A DNA stretch of 62,787 bases. Source: a virus. Taxonomy: Duplodnaviria; Caudoviricetes. Below, piece by piece: positions 36,659 through 45,255 of this stretch. Location of the stretch: the IMG/VR virus record IMGVR_UViG_3300028585_000025, positions 1 through 62,787 of that record; one strand, written 5' to 3'. The notes under the pieces are model-generated. The model was given only the letters and a program-made list of their open reading frames with translations. It was not told where the DNA came from and ran no database searches. The first letter of the stretch is position 1. Each line of letters opens with the position of its first letter. A program made the translations under genes and the position numbers.

Positions 36659-38044
36659 ATGTTGTCATTCGGTGAATTTGTTGAGAAGTCACGCCCTATT
36701 CGTCCTTTCCTGAATATAGGCGCTGGCTTTGATATTCCGACCGGTAGCTACCGTCTTGGTAAGCACGGGGAATCTATTCTTAATGGTGGTCTTGCTCCCT
36801 TTATTGCAATCGTAGGTAAAGGCAACACCTTTAAGACAGCGATCGGCTGTTTTATGCTGACGCGGGCATTAGAGCGTTACAGCAACGCTAACGCCTTACA
36901 CTACGATACCGAGTGTACTTTCAGTCCTGAACGTTTAGTCAGCCTGACCAACCGCTTAGGGCCCGAAGCGGCACTGCAATGGTTAGAGTCTGAACGTATC
37001 TATCTGACCGATGACTCCGTGGTGAAAGGCAACCAATGGTTTAAGAAAACGGTGCAGGAATACTCAGAAGCCAAATCAAAAGGCAAGATGGGTACATTGC
37101 CGTTCATTGATAAAGACGGTAACCTGATTCGTCATCCGTTCCCAACAGTGAACTTTGGCGACTCCATGTCTGAGATGAAATTCAATGACCTGGAAAAGAA
37201 CTATGCCAAGATGGAAATTGGTCAGGGTGAGATGCAGACCGAAGCCATGCGTGTGTCAAACGCCAAACGCATGTTAATCGAGAAGACTCAGGGCTACGCT
37301 AACGCCGGTGGCCTGTATGTACTGATGACCGCACACCTGGGCAAAGAGCTCAACCTGGACGGTAAACCACAAGAGAAGAAAACCACCTTCATGAAACAAG
37401 GTGATAAGATCTCTAAGGTGCCTTCACAAATTCTGTCTCTACCGAACAACGTCTGGGAAATCTCTACTGGTACACAGCTCATTGATAAGAACACCAAAGA
37501 GTGGATGTACCCGAAAGCCGGTCGTGACGATGTGGATACTAATGGTAACCCAGATCTGATCACCCTGGTTGCGAAGAACCTGCGTGGTAAAAACGGGCCT
37601 TCTGGCGTACCGTGGGAATTTGTCATGTCGCAGTCTGAAGGTTTACTGCCACACCTGACAGAGTTCCATTACATCAAGAACGCCGGTCGCTATGGTCTGG
37701 GTGGTAATGACCGTAATTACTATGTTGAGTTGTGTCCTGATGTGAAACTGCAGCGTACGCAGGTCCGTGGCAAGATCGATGAAACACCAGAACTGCAACG
37801 CGCTCTGGAGATCACCATGGAAATGTGTCAGATGCGTTTCCTCTGGCATACCCGCGATCCAAAGTACAACATGACTCCAGAAGAACTTCGTGTTGGTCTG
37901 GAGAAGAAAGGGTACAAATGGGATCAGTTACTTAACACCCGTGGGTTCTGGACTTATGAAGAAGATAATCATCCATTACCATTCTTAAGCACAATGGACT
38001 TACTCCGCATGTATCATGACGAGTACCGCCCATACTGGCTGTAA
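36659..38044 (+). CDS. uvsX: UvsX/RecA-like recombinase
   Basis: RPFLNIGAGFDIPTG, GKGNTFKT Walker A, YDTE, RGKNGPSG. Confidence 0.85.
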   Translation: MLSFGEFVEKSRPIRPFLNIGAGFDIPTGSYRLGKHGESILNGGLAPFIAIVGKGNTFKTAIGCFMLTRALERYSNANALHYDTECTFSPERLVSLTNRLGPEAALQWLESERIYLTDDSVVKGNQWFKKTVQEYSEAKSKGKMGTLPFIDKDGNLIRHPFPTVNFGDSMSEMKFNDLEKNYAKMEIGQGEMQTEAMRVSNAKRMLIEKTQGYANAGGLYVLMTAHLGKELNLDGKPQEKKTTFMKQGDKISKVPSQILSLPNNVWEISTGTQLIDKNTKEWMYPKAGRDDVDTNGNPDLITLVAKNLRGKNGPSGVPWEFVMSQSEGLLPHLTEFHYIKNAGRYGLGGNDRNYYVELCPDVKLQRTQVRGKIDETPELQRALEITMEMCQMRFLWHTRDPKYNMTPEELRVGLEKKGYKWDQLLNTRGFWTYEEDNHPLPFLSTMDLLRMYHDEYRPYWL

Positions 38045-38058
38045 GTGTACCCAAATGC

Positions 38059-38088
38059 AGGGGGAGGAAACTCCTCCTCTTTATACCG
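38059..38088 (+). terminator. hairpin + TTTATACCG variant
   Basis: agggggag-gaaa-ctcctcct then ctttataccg. Confidence 0.7.
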
Positions 38089-38122
38089 TCAGTAGAGGGA
38101 ACTAAGCGAATAGGAAAGCAGT

Positions 38123-38542
38123 ATGCTTAATAAAGAAATACGCATTGTCGTGGCGTCTGTACGAGGCTTTACGGATGTCGAGCGTTTAAAATTGACTATT
38201 GACGGTCTCCTCAACGATATCTACGACCTGAACGAAGGTCTTACCGATGAGGATGATGAAATGATTACTGATGCGAAGATTGTGTTTATGATCAATGGCG
38301 AGGGGAGAACCGCTGCAGATATTCTGCCGGCGCTTGCTGCAGAACGTAACATCGAAGTAGAAGTACTCAAAGTCGATTGGTCAAAAGGTAAGAAAGCCTT
38401 TTTTGACAACTGTGCCGTTTTAGGCGCGAAGTCAACCCATGCTATTATTTTCACGGACAGCAAAGACGACGGAATGCAGACACTGATCAAATCGTGTCTT
38501 GATGCCGGATCTCGTGTTCGTAGCTATAGCGCATCCATCTAA
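38123..38542 (+). CDS. divergent YspA/SLOG-like protein
   Basis: IVVASVR.F.D, INGE..AD, DW..GK.A...N, AIIF.D order parallels the SLOG domain of 39349..40224. Confidence 0.55.
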   Translation: MLNKEIRIVVASVRGFTDVERLKLTIDGLLNDIYDLNEGLTDEDDEMITDAKIVFMINGEGRTAADILPALAAERNIEVEVLKVDWSKGKKAFFDNCAVLGAKSTHAIIFTDSKDDGMQTLIKSCLDAGSRVRSYSASI

Positions 38543-38551
38543 GGTGTAACC

Positions 38552-39004
38552 ATGATAGCCTCTGAAACCAACGTTAGTATACTTGATGTTAATGTCACCC
38601 ACGTTATATGCACAGTTAATTGCGAAGGGCATATGGGCCGTGGCATTGCCTTGTATCTGCGTAAATGTATTCCGGGGCTATACGACCGCTACAATGAACT
38701 TTGCAAATTAAAGCTGTTAACGGTAGATAAGTTGTGGATCTATCGCGCAGCACCCAAATCGATTATCTGCTTTCCAACCAAGGATAAAACTTGGGAAGAC
38801 AGTAGAATGGAGTGGATCGAGGCAAACTTGATCAAGCTTCGCAATACGTACAAAGAGAAAGGCATTCGCTCGGTTGCAATGCCTCCTCTGGGATGTGGAA
38901 ATGGTAATCTAAACTGGGTTGAGGTGCGAAGCCTCATTTATGCCATCTTGGGCGATTGTGACCTAGAAGTCCACATTTGTCTGGGTCGAAAACAACAAGG
39001 GTAG
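38552..39004 (+). CDS. DarG/TARG1-type macro domain ADP-ribosyl hydrolase
   Basis: TVNCEGHMGRGIA, IICFPTK, SVAMPPLGCGNGNLNW. Confidence 0.9.
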   Translation: MIASETNVSILDVNVTHVICTVNCEGHMGRGIALYLRKCIPGLYDRYNELCKLKLLTVDKLWIYRAAPKSIICFPTKDKTWEDSRMEWIEANLIKLRNTYKEKGIRSVAMPPLGCGNGNLNWVEVRSLIYAILGDCDLEVHICLGRKQQG

Positions 39005-39010
39005 GCACTC

Positions 39011-39352
39011 ATGAAGACATTGATATTTCTCTATATTTTAGCCGGATATCACTCTGACGTGAAGTTAATGCCAGATGAAATATCCTGCAAAGCGGCTATC
39101 ATCGCATTGGATCGCGGTGATAAAGAACATGGTAATAATGACGACAGCACCAAAGCGGGTTGTTACTCTGTTAGTCTCGCCGATATGAAAGCAAAGCAAG
39201 TTGCGTCTGACGCGGAACTTGAGAAAGAAGTGCGGCGCATCATTGTTACCCAGCAAGCACTCTTAAAAGAAGAGAAGCAGGAGACTGCTGATCCGGCCGG
39301 TGCTGTTCGTTTGCAGCAACACTTAAACGATGCACAGAAGGCAAAACCATGA
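39011..39352 (+). CDS. hypothetical exported/membrane protein
   Basis: hydrophobic N-terminus, two Cys, coiled-coil end. Confidence 0.6.
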   Translation: MKTLIFLYILAGYHSDVKLMPDEISCKAAIIALDRGDKEHGNNDDSTKAGCYSVSLADMKAKQVASDAELEKEVRRIIVTQQALLKEEKQETADPAGAVRLQQHLNDAQKAKP

Positions 39353-40224
39353 GTGACGTTCGCGTATTACCCGATCCTGCTAAGGACGGCGTGGATCACA
39401 TCAACATTTATACCAAGGGAATGACGTGGCTTGGTCAGCAGTTATCCAACATGTCGTACTACAGCTTCGCCCATCCCAAACACGGGGTGTTCGGATCACT
39501 GGAGGCATACTGGTATTGGTTAGCTACTGGACAGCAGCACGAAGAACTCCGTAACCTGGCAGGCTTTAAAGCAAAGCTTGTTGGTAAACAATTCCAACGC
39601 GTACCGGTCGATGACTTTGAAGATCAGTTCAAATTCGCCATGCAGCTGCGACTGGAACAGAACCCGATCATTGCAAAGTCATTGTCAGATTCACATTTAC
39701 CTTTTGAACACTATTTCTGTTACAGTGACAAAGTGGTTGACCAGTCTGAGACCCATCGCTGGCAGCTCGACTTCTATGAGCAGTGGCGTAAAGATCATCC
39801 GACTGAAGAGCAGACTATTGCACTGCTTATTTCAGGCTCACGTAAAGAGAAAGATTACGACAGCTTTAAGAAGATCGTAATTGAGTATCTGGAACCGTAT
39901 CGCGACAAGATCAAGGATACCTATCGGATCGGTATCATCTCAGGACTTGCCTGGGACGGACCGGATGACATGGCGATTCGGTTATGCCGTGAAGAAGGCT
40001 TCATGCTGATCGGTGTGCCCGCCAAATGGAAAGAGCAAGGCAAAGCCGCAGGGATGATACGAAACGGTGTGATGGGGCGCTTATGCACGCAGGCGCTGGT
40101 CTTCTGGGATGGTGAGTCACCAGGGACAAAAGGTCAGATTGAGTACTTGAAGAAAAATAATATAGACCATCTGGTTTATATTCACGGGAAACACGATCCC
40201 GACTGGAAATCTGCTGATCAATGA
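39349..40224 (+). CDS. NADAR-like domain fused to YspA/SLOG domain
   Basis: N-term DHINIY..LG..LSN..F.SLEAYW; C-term ISGSR, IISGLAWDGPD, W...GKAAGMIRN, FWDGESPGTK. Confidence 0.7.
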   Translation: MSDVRVLPDPAKDGVDHINIYTKGMTWLGQQLSNMSYYSFAHPKHGVFGSLEAYWYWLATGQQHEELRNLAGFKAKLVGKQFQRVPVDDFEDQFKFAMQLRLEQNPIIAKSLSDSHLPFEHYFCYSDKVVDQSETHRWQLDFYEQWRKDHPTEEQTIALLISGSRKEKDYDSFKKIVIEYLEPYRDKIKDTYRIGIISGLAWDGPDDMAIRLCREEGFMLIGVPAKWKEQGKAAGMIRNGVMGRLCTQALVFWDGESPGTKGQIEYLKKNNIDHLVYIHGKHDPDWKSADQ

Positions 40225-40236
40225 GAGGTAGGTCAC

Positions 40237-40521
40237 ATGTCGACATTGCAGCTTGCCGTTAACGGCGAATACTTCGATGCCATGAAAGACGGGACCAAAC
40301 CGGAGGAGTATCGCTTAGTCAATGACTACTGGACTAAGCGTTTATTCAACCGCGATTACGACCGACTGGTGATTACCAAAGGCTACCCTAATCGTGCTGA
40401 TCTCTCACGCCGTATTGAGGTACCTTATAATGGCTACGAAATTAAAACCATTACTCATCCTCACTTTGGTGACCAGCCCGTGAATGTTTTCGCCATTAAA
40501 GTAAATCTGGAGAAACCATGA
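40237..40521 (+). CDS. ASCH domain protein
   Basis: L....YFD.MKDGTKPEEYR (GxKxxExR). Confidence 0.85.
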   Translation: MSTLQLAVNGEYFDAMKDGTKPEEYRLVNDYWTKRLFNRDYDRLVITKGYPNRADLSRRIEVPYNGYEIKTITHPHFGDQPVNVFAIKVNLEKP

Positions 40522-41192
40522 ACGCAGCACGCCAACAAGTCCAGGAATTTATCCTGACTTCTATTGATGAAATCATGCCTGGTTCTAAGAACCGGGATAT
40601 CTACGTCGACTTCTTTGCTCGTCAGTCGGACGAAGCATTTGCCGCATTAATGCAACGCATGGAAGAGGATGAGGAGATCTTTCCTTTCTATCACCCTAAC
40701 TTCACCGGGAAGGTGATTGACGTTGAACGGGTAATCGGATTGATTGAAAAGCACGGCGATACCATTATGGAACAGCTGTACGACATCGATCCAGAAACCG
40801 GTCTGCAATACCTGACGCCGCTTAAGTACCCCGTGTTATTACTGCCTCTGCGTATTCAGCAGCAGAAGCTACAAAAGAAAATGTCGGTACCAAAAGACAA
40901 CAACCACATCGATGACCTGACCAACCAGCCAACCACGGAATCGAAAGGCGCGTCACTGTCTTATCCAGAAGTCCAGATCCTGTATGCAATGGGCGGTGAC
41001 AAAATCCTGGAAGAGACAATGAAGGTTCGTGGTGGTGACGAGAAAGCCTTCCGTGATTATAACAACGCCATTATCGCTGACGGCGGTGTCACGATCGAGG
41101 CAATCAGCTCAAGCAAAACGAAAGTGAAATCGACTCTTACAGTACAGACCATTTTAGAGGCGATGCACTTGAGTAACAACCTGGCTAAATAA
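40518..41192 (+). CDS. virion RNA polymerase beta subunit, C-terminal part (phiKZ gp149-like)
   Basis: DPETG, R.QQQKL.KK.S.P, D.LT.QP...SKG..LS.PE, E.MKVRGGD resemble RpoB C-terminal region. Confidence 0.75.
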   Translation: MNAARQQVQEFILTSIDEIMPGSKNRDIYVDFFARQSDEAFAALMQRMEEDEEIFPFYHPNFTGKVIDVERVIGLIEKHGDTIMEQLYDIDPETGLQYLTPLKYPVLLLPLRIQQQKLQKKMSVPKDNNHIDDLTNQPTTESKGASLSYPEVQILYAMGGDKILEETMKVRGGDEKAFRDYNNAIIADGGVTIEAISSSKTKVKSTLTVQTILEAMHLSNNLAK

Positions 41193-41212
41193 ACCGGGTA
41201 AAGGAATATGGG

Positions 41213-41779
41213 ATGAGTAGCATTATTAGTCAATTTGGTAATAAGGGCAAGTCTGACCTTAATCCATTAGAGTTGGACTTACACGTAGAGGGTGTCGTTG
41301 CGGATTATGTTGGTTCTTACCTACGTAATCGCATTTACCTTTCGCGGGTCAGTAAAACTGAAGTAAAAGATGATGTCGGGTACACCAGTGTCGTAGAGTT
41401 CCTTGCTTTTGTGAACAACGAGCTGAACTTCATTCGTATGTGGGCACCATCATCAATGAAAGATGATATCTGGCCAAAGATCCTTACTGATGAAAACGTC
41501 CTGCGGTTCGTCTTCAAAGGTACAACCAATGTCAGTGTGCGTTCATTTACGAGTGATGACCAGTTCGCTAAATTGGTGACGCATATTGCGGGTTCGTTAA
41601 GTTGTCTGTCGTTTTCAAACAATGACATTATTGATGACGATGCCTTTGTTAAGATTCTGCCACGTAATGACGAGCTCACGGATCTTTTCACAAAAAACCA
41701 ATGGGCGTTGTTCCTGTACTACCTGACGCGTATTGACATCATTGAAATTATCACCGGTGGGGGCAAAGCAGATGAGTAG
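41213..41779 (+). CDS. hypothetical protein
   Basis: 188 aa; core block. Confidence 0.7.
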   Translation: MSSIISQFGNKGKSDLNPLELDLHVEGVVADYVGSYLRNRIYLSRVSKTEVKDDVGYTSVVEFLAFVNNELNFIRMWAPSSMKDDIWPKILTDENVLRFVFKGTTNVSVRSFTSDDQFAKLVTHIAGSLSCLSFSNNDIIDDDAFVKILPRNDELTDLFTKNQWALFLYYLTRIDIIEIITGGGKADE

Positions 41780-42500
41780 TGGTGATCAGATTAACTGTTA
41801 TGTCCCGCTGGATGCTCTGCTCGATACACGTATTGGTACGATCGATAAGGTCGCGGGTGAGGAAGGATTAAACCTGGTGGCAGATTGGTACCATACACGC
41901 ACCTCTGATAAGTTCCACCGTAAAGGCAGTGAGCTTACACAGGAGCGGTATGACGCAGCATGGAAGTCACGCGATGAAGATACCTTAAAACGTACCCGCA
42001 TGACTTTTGTCCCGCAGTATCTCTTGCACTTGGTGAGTCGCTACAACACCTCCCACGGTATGCCTGTTATGGCCGCTAAGTACAAGATCACCATCAACCT
42101 GTGGCCATACAAGTTACCTCCAGAGCGTGTACAACAGTTACAGGAGATCATGCAGGCCTTTACATCAGGGGTGGCAGAGATCGCTGTCGACTATATTGAC
42201 CCGGTTGATTTGTCGGTGCAGTATTTGAAGTCAACATATTCCCTCTGCATTATGTACGAGTTCAATGCATGGTTAAACTTGCATAAGGATGAGTTTACGA
42301 AAGTGCAGATGCCGGGTACAGTCATACTGGCGCCAGAGCTTTATCTGGCCGATGTACCGGATGAGTTGATTGATGCTGCGAAGAAGACAGATGGATTTGC
42401 GGGGGTAAGTCTGGCGTTATGTGCGTTATGCACGGTGGTGTTCTTAGATGTAAGGTTATTCTCTTACGTCACCGATACACCACCGGTCATCGATGGTTAG
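41772..42500 (+). CDS. hypothetical protein (possible HAD-like, VPLDALLDTR)
   Basis: start ATG 41772; LD.LLDTR N-terminal motif. Confidence 0.65.
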   Translation: MSSGDQINCYVPLDALLDTRIGTIDKVAGEEGLNLVADWYHTRTSDKFHRKGSELTQERYDAAWKSRDEDTLKRTRMTFVPQYLLHLVSRYNTSHGMPVMAAKYKITINLWPYKLPPERVQQLQEIMQAFTSGVAEIAVDYIDPVDLSVQYLKSTYSLCIMYEFNAWLNLHKDEFTKVQMPGTVILAPELYLADVPDELIDAAKKTDGFAGVSLALCALCTVVFLDVRLFSYVTDTPPVIDG

Positions 42501-42955
42501 CTTTTTTTCTGCCCAGGGGTCATGATGTCATCGTACTCGATGTGCTCAACCCCTTGGCGGGTCTCGCCATCTTTATAGTCAGCCTGTGGTAATTGGTTCT
42601 GATCGATCGTTGGTGCTGCCTGCGGTTGCGAGCCCGGTAAGTCGGTGCGCAGTGCCAGACCGCCGGCGCTCAGTACCTGCTTGATCACATTGCCAACAAT
42701 CGCTGCCTGCGCTTCATCAGACTCTTGTGCTTTGGTTTCCAGATCAAGACGTTGACGGTTGATGATTGATTTGTCGATATCCGCCATTGAAGTTAGTGCG
42801 ATCTTCAACATCTTAGGATCTTGTTTGCTGGCACGGATCGGGGCACCGCTCTCGTCATCCTTCTCATCAAGGATATCTTCAACGATACCCAGGCGTCGCA
42901 TTTGCATACGGCGCATCAAGGCCCCATCATCTAATTCAAAGTCTGTAGCAGCCAT
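42497..42955 (-). CDS. hypothetical protein
   Basis: GGAGG RBS on minus strand. Confidence 0.7.
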   Translation of the reverse strand: MAATDFELDDGALMRRMQMRRLGIVEDILDEKDDESGAPIRASKQDPKMLKIALTSMADIDKSIINRQRLDLETKAQESDEAQAAIVGNVIKQVLSAGGLALRTDLPGSQPQAAPTIDQNQLPQADYKDGETRQGVEHIEYDDIMTPGQKKS

Positions 42956-42969
42956 GTGGCCTCCAAAAT

Positions 42970-42997
42970 AAGTTACACCTACATTACATAGGTGATA
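42970..42997 (+). promoter_or_regulatory. putative early promoter
   Basis: ttACACCTACATTACatagGTGA. Confidence 0.7.
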
Positions 42998-43021
42998 GTA
43001 CGTGTATTAAAAGGAATCGTT

Positions 43022-43552
43022 ATGCGCTTTCTGAAGAAGATAGCACTAAAACGCTGCATGGCGATGTTGAGTGAAGTTAAGGGGGAAACCTTTACCATTC
43101 AAGAAAGCCTGCGTGTCTTTGAGGTGCTGGATAAAGTATTGTCAACAAACGGCATCATAAAATATTTCGATACGCGGGTTACGCTCTCCATACAAATGGA
43201 GATGCAAATCCCTAATGCAGCATTAATGCTTGACTCACTTACCGAAATAAATGGTTTTATTCAAAAGGATATCGATGCCACTTTACCTGAATACGGTGTG
43301 TTGTTTGCATCAATTCGAGGTAAACAATCAATTTCGCTTTACGACTGGTTATCAGATGGTAACGGTCATGTTGTAGATGCATTGCAATTTTACCGACTCT
43401 TTAACGAAGAATTGAGTCAATTAATTACCGTTATAGTGAACTGTGAAGATCAAACTACCCAACAGTATTATCTGCGTAGATTGCAGCCGCTCTACAATGA
43501 ATTACTGGAAACCGTACACGCTGCATTGTATTGTGGGTTGTTGAGTCTCTAA
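43022..43552 (+). CDS. hypothetical protein
   Basis: start ATG 43022 after AAGGA; GTG 42992 is part of the promoter motif. Confidence 0.7.
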   Translation: MRFLKKIALKRCMAMLSEVKGETFTIQESLRVFEVLDKVLSTNGIIKYFDTRVTLSIQMEMQIPNAALMLDSLTEINGFIQKDIDATLPEYGVLFASIRGKQSISLYDWLSDGNGHVVDALQFYRLFNEELSQLITVIVNCEDQTTQQYYLRRLQPLYNELLETVHAALYCGLLSL

Positions 43553-43562
43553 GGAGATTTAG

Positions 43563-44021
43563 GTGGCAGATAAAAAGAAACCTAAAGACCAACTAACCGA
43601 TATGTTGACGGATCCTTTAAAACGGTCACGTCAAGCTAACGATCCGTTAGTTAGGCTTTGGCGACAGTTTATGACTCGTGAGCTTGTTACTCCATCGAAG
43701 TGGAGTGCCTTGATTGCGGATCACATAAACCGTCTACGTTCTTTTAAAACGATGGATGTGCAATCGATAGGTACCGAGAGGGGGAACCTAAAGAAAGCAT
43801 TCATTGAAAAGTCAACGATGTCGTTTAGTGCACTGAGACGCGGGTTACGGTTCCTGGGCTTTGTAAAAGTTACCATAATTGTAATCGCTGAAAGACCGTC
43901 AGGTGAGAAAGTCGAAGAGCAAGTGACAATCGAGCTTGTCCCAAAACGTATGTTTGGGGATCGTACACCGACTCAGCCAACACCGAATGGCACCCCAGGA
44001 GAAACTCCTCCTGAACAATAA
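43563..44021 (+). CDS. hypothetical protein
   Basis: GTG start after AAGGAG; RGNL.K..MSF...RGLRFL motif. Confidence 0.7.
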   Translation: MADKKKPKDQLTDMLTDPLKRSRQANDPLVRLWRQFMTRELVTPSKWSALIADHINRLRSFKTMDVQSIGTERGNLKKAFIEKSTMSFSALRRGLRFLGFVKVTIIVIAERPSGEKVEEQVTIELVPKRMFGDRTPTQPTPNGTPGETPPEQ

Positions 44022-44036
44022 ATGGATACTATAGAA

Positions 44037-44079
44037 GATGGGACTTCGGTCCCATCCCTATTACTGTTCTTTTTTTTTT
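44037..44079 (+). terminator. intrinsic terminator
   Basis: gatgggac-ttcg-gtcccatc then T tract. Confidence 0.75.
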
Positions 44080-44093
44080 GTTAAGGATCACTC

Positions 44094-45164
44094 ATGGCCG
44101 GCGTAGATATTGGCAGCTCCATCCAGAACTCGATTAAGTCAGCGGGTGCAATCACTACCAATGCGGTGAACAAAGCATCGTCTACGTTTGTCGGTGGGAT
44201 TAAAGAAAACCTGACGTTGATCGATGACAAAACAAAGTCAGCGGTTCAAACATTAAACTCTTATAAAGACTCGGCGATTGGTTCAGTCGATGGGTTCATC
44301 AAGAAGGTCTCTAACGGCGCTCTAAGCATCTCAGAGCTCTCGAGTATCATCGATGTACGTAATGGCATCAGTATCGACTACCAACGCTTATATCGCCGCC
44401 TAGGCGATGCTGCGGGATTCCCCATGGATTCAATCATCGGGATGACCAACGACTTAAAGATGGAAGTCGCCAACGTACTCGATGCGTATTCAAATAAGAA
44501 CTATACCTACCTGTTAAATGCAGCGGGTATTAAGATCAATGTCAACGATGCGTCGTATAAAGCGATGCAGTTGATCTCAGGGGTCATCAGTAAGTATTCT
44601 GAAAGTGATTCCAAGTTTAACTATATCGTTGATGAAGCGGCCCAGATCGCATTCTTAAATGTAATGGTGCGTAACGCAGTCCAAGTCGGTCTTTATAGCG
44701 GAATCGATACATTACTCGATCAATACACGATCAAGTCAGAAGGGCTTAAGAACTTGGCCAACTGTGCATCGATCTCTATTCGAACAGGCGATATCTGGAC
44801 CACGAAGTATATTGTTGATAAAGTCGGGATCGGTACTGTCGTCTCATTGAACACCGACTTCCTGACTGACATGTTGCGCTTCTTTAAGTTTAAGTCAGAT
44901 GCAACACCTGCGGCCTATCCAGATTATCTGAATACGTTAATCTATTCATTGAATCTGGCTGATGTTGATTGGGCGTTCAGGAACTTCGGTACAGTACGTG
45001 CACTTAACCTGAAACCGTTTACCATGGCATCAACTGATGCGATCACGTTGTTCTCTAACACCGAGACGTATCGTCAGCATGTAATGATCGCCAAGTCTTA
45101 TCCATCAAAAGACAAGATGGATCTGTTAACCCAGATGTATCCGCAATTAGCTATCGTACAATAA
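44094..45164 (+). CDS. putative virion structural protein
   Basis: 356 aa; convergent with tail genes as in SPN3US-like gene order (recalled). Confidence 0.55.
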   Translation: MAGVDIGSSIQNSIKSAGAITTNAVNKASSTFVGGIKENLTLIDDKTKSAVQTLNSYKDSAIGSVDGFIKKVSNGALSISELSSIIDVRNGISIDYQRLYRRLGDAAGFPMDSIIGMTNDLKMEVANVLDAYSNKNYTYLLNAAGIKINVNDASYKAMQLISGVISKYSESDSKFNYIVDEAAQIAFLNVMVRNAVQVGLYSGIDTLLDQYTIKSEGLKNLANCASISIRTGDIWTTKYIVDKVGIGTVVSLNTDFLTDMLRFFKFKSDATPAAYPDYLNTLIYSLNLADVDWAFRNFGTVRALNLKPFTMASTDAITLFSNTETYRQHVMIAKSYPSKDKMDLLTQMYPQLAIVQ

Positions 45165-45166
45165 AT

Positions 45167-45221
45167 CGACATAGCAGAGGAAGGAGCATTGCGCTCCTTC
45201 CTCTATGCCATCTTTTTTTTT
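45167..45221. terminator. bidirectional hairpin flanked by CGACATA / CTATGCC
   Basis: cgacatagc-agaggaaggagc..gctccttcctct-atgcc + T run. Confidence 0.8.
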
Positions 45222-45255
45222 ACTTCAGATACTACTATATGTTTTTGTAGAAGGG

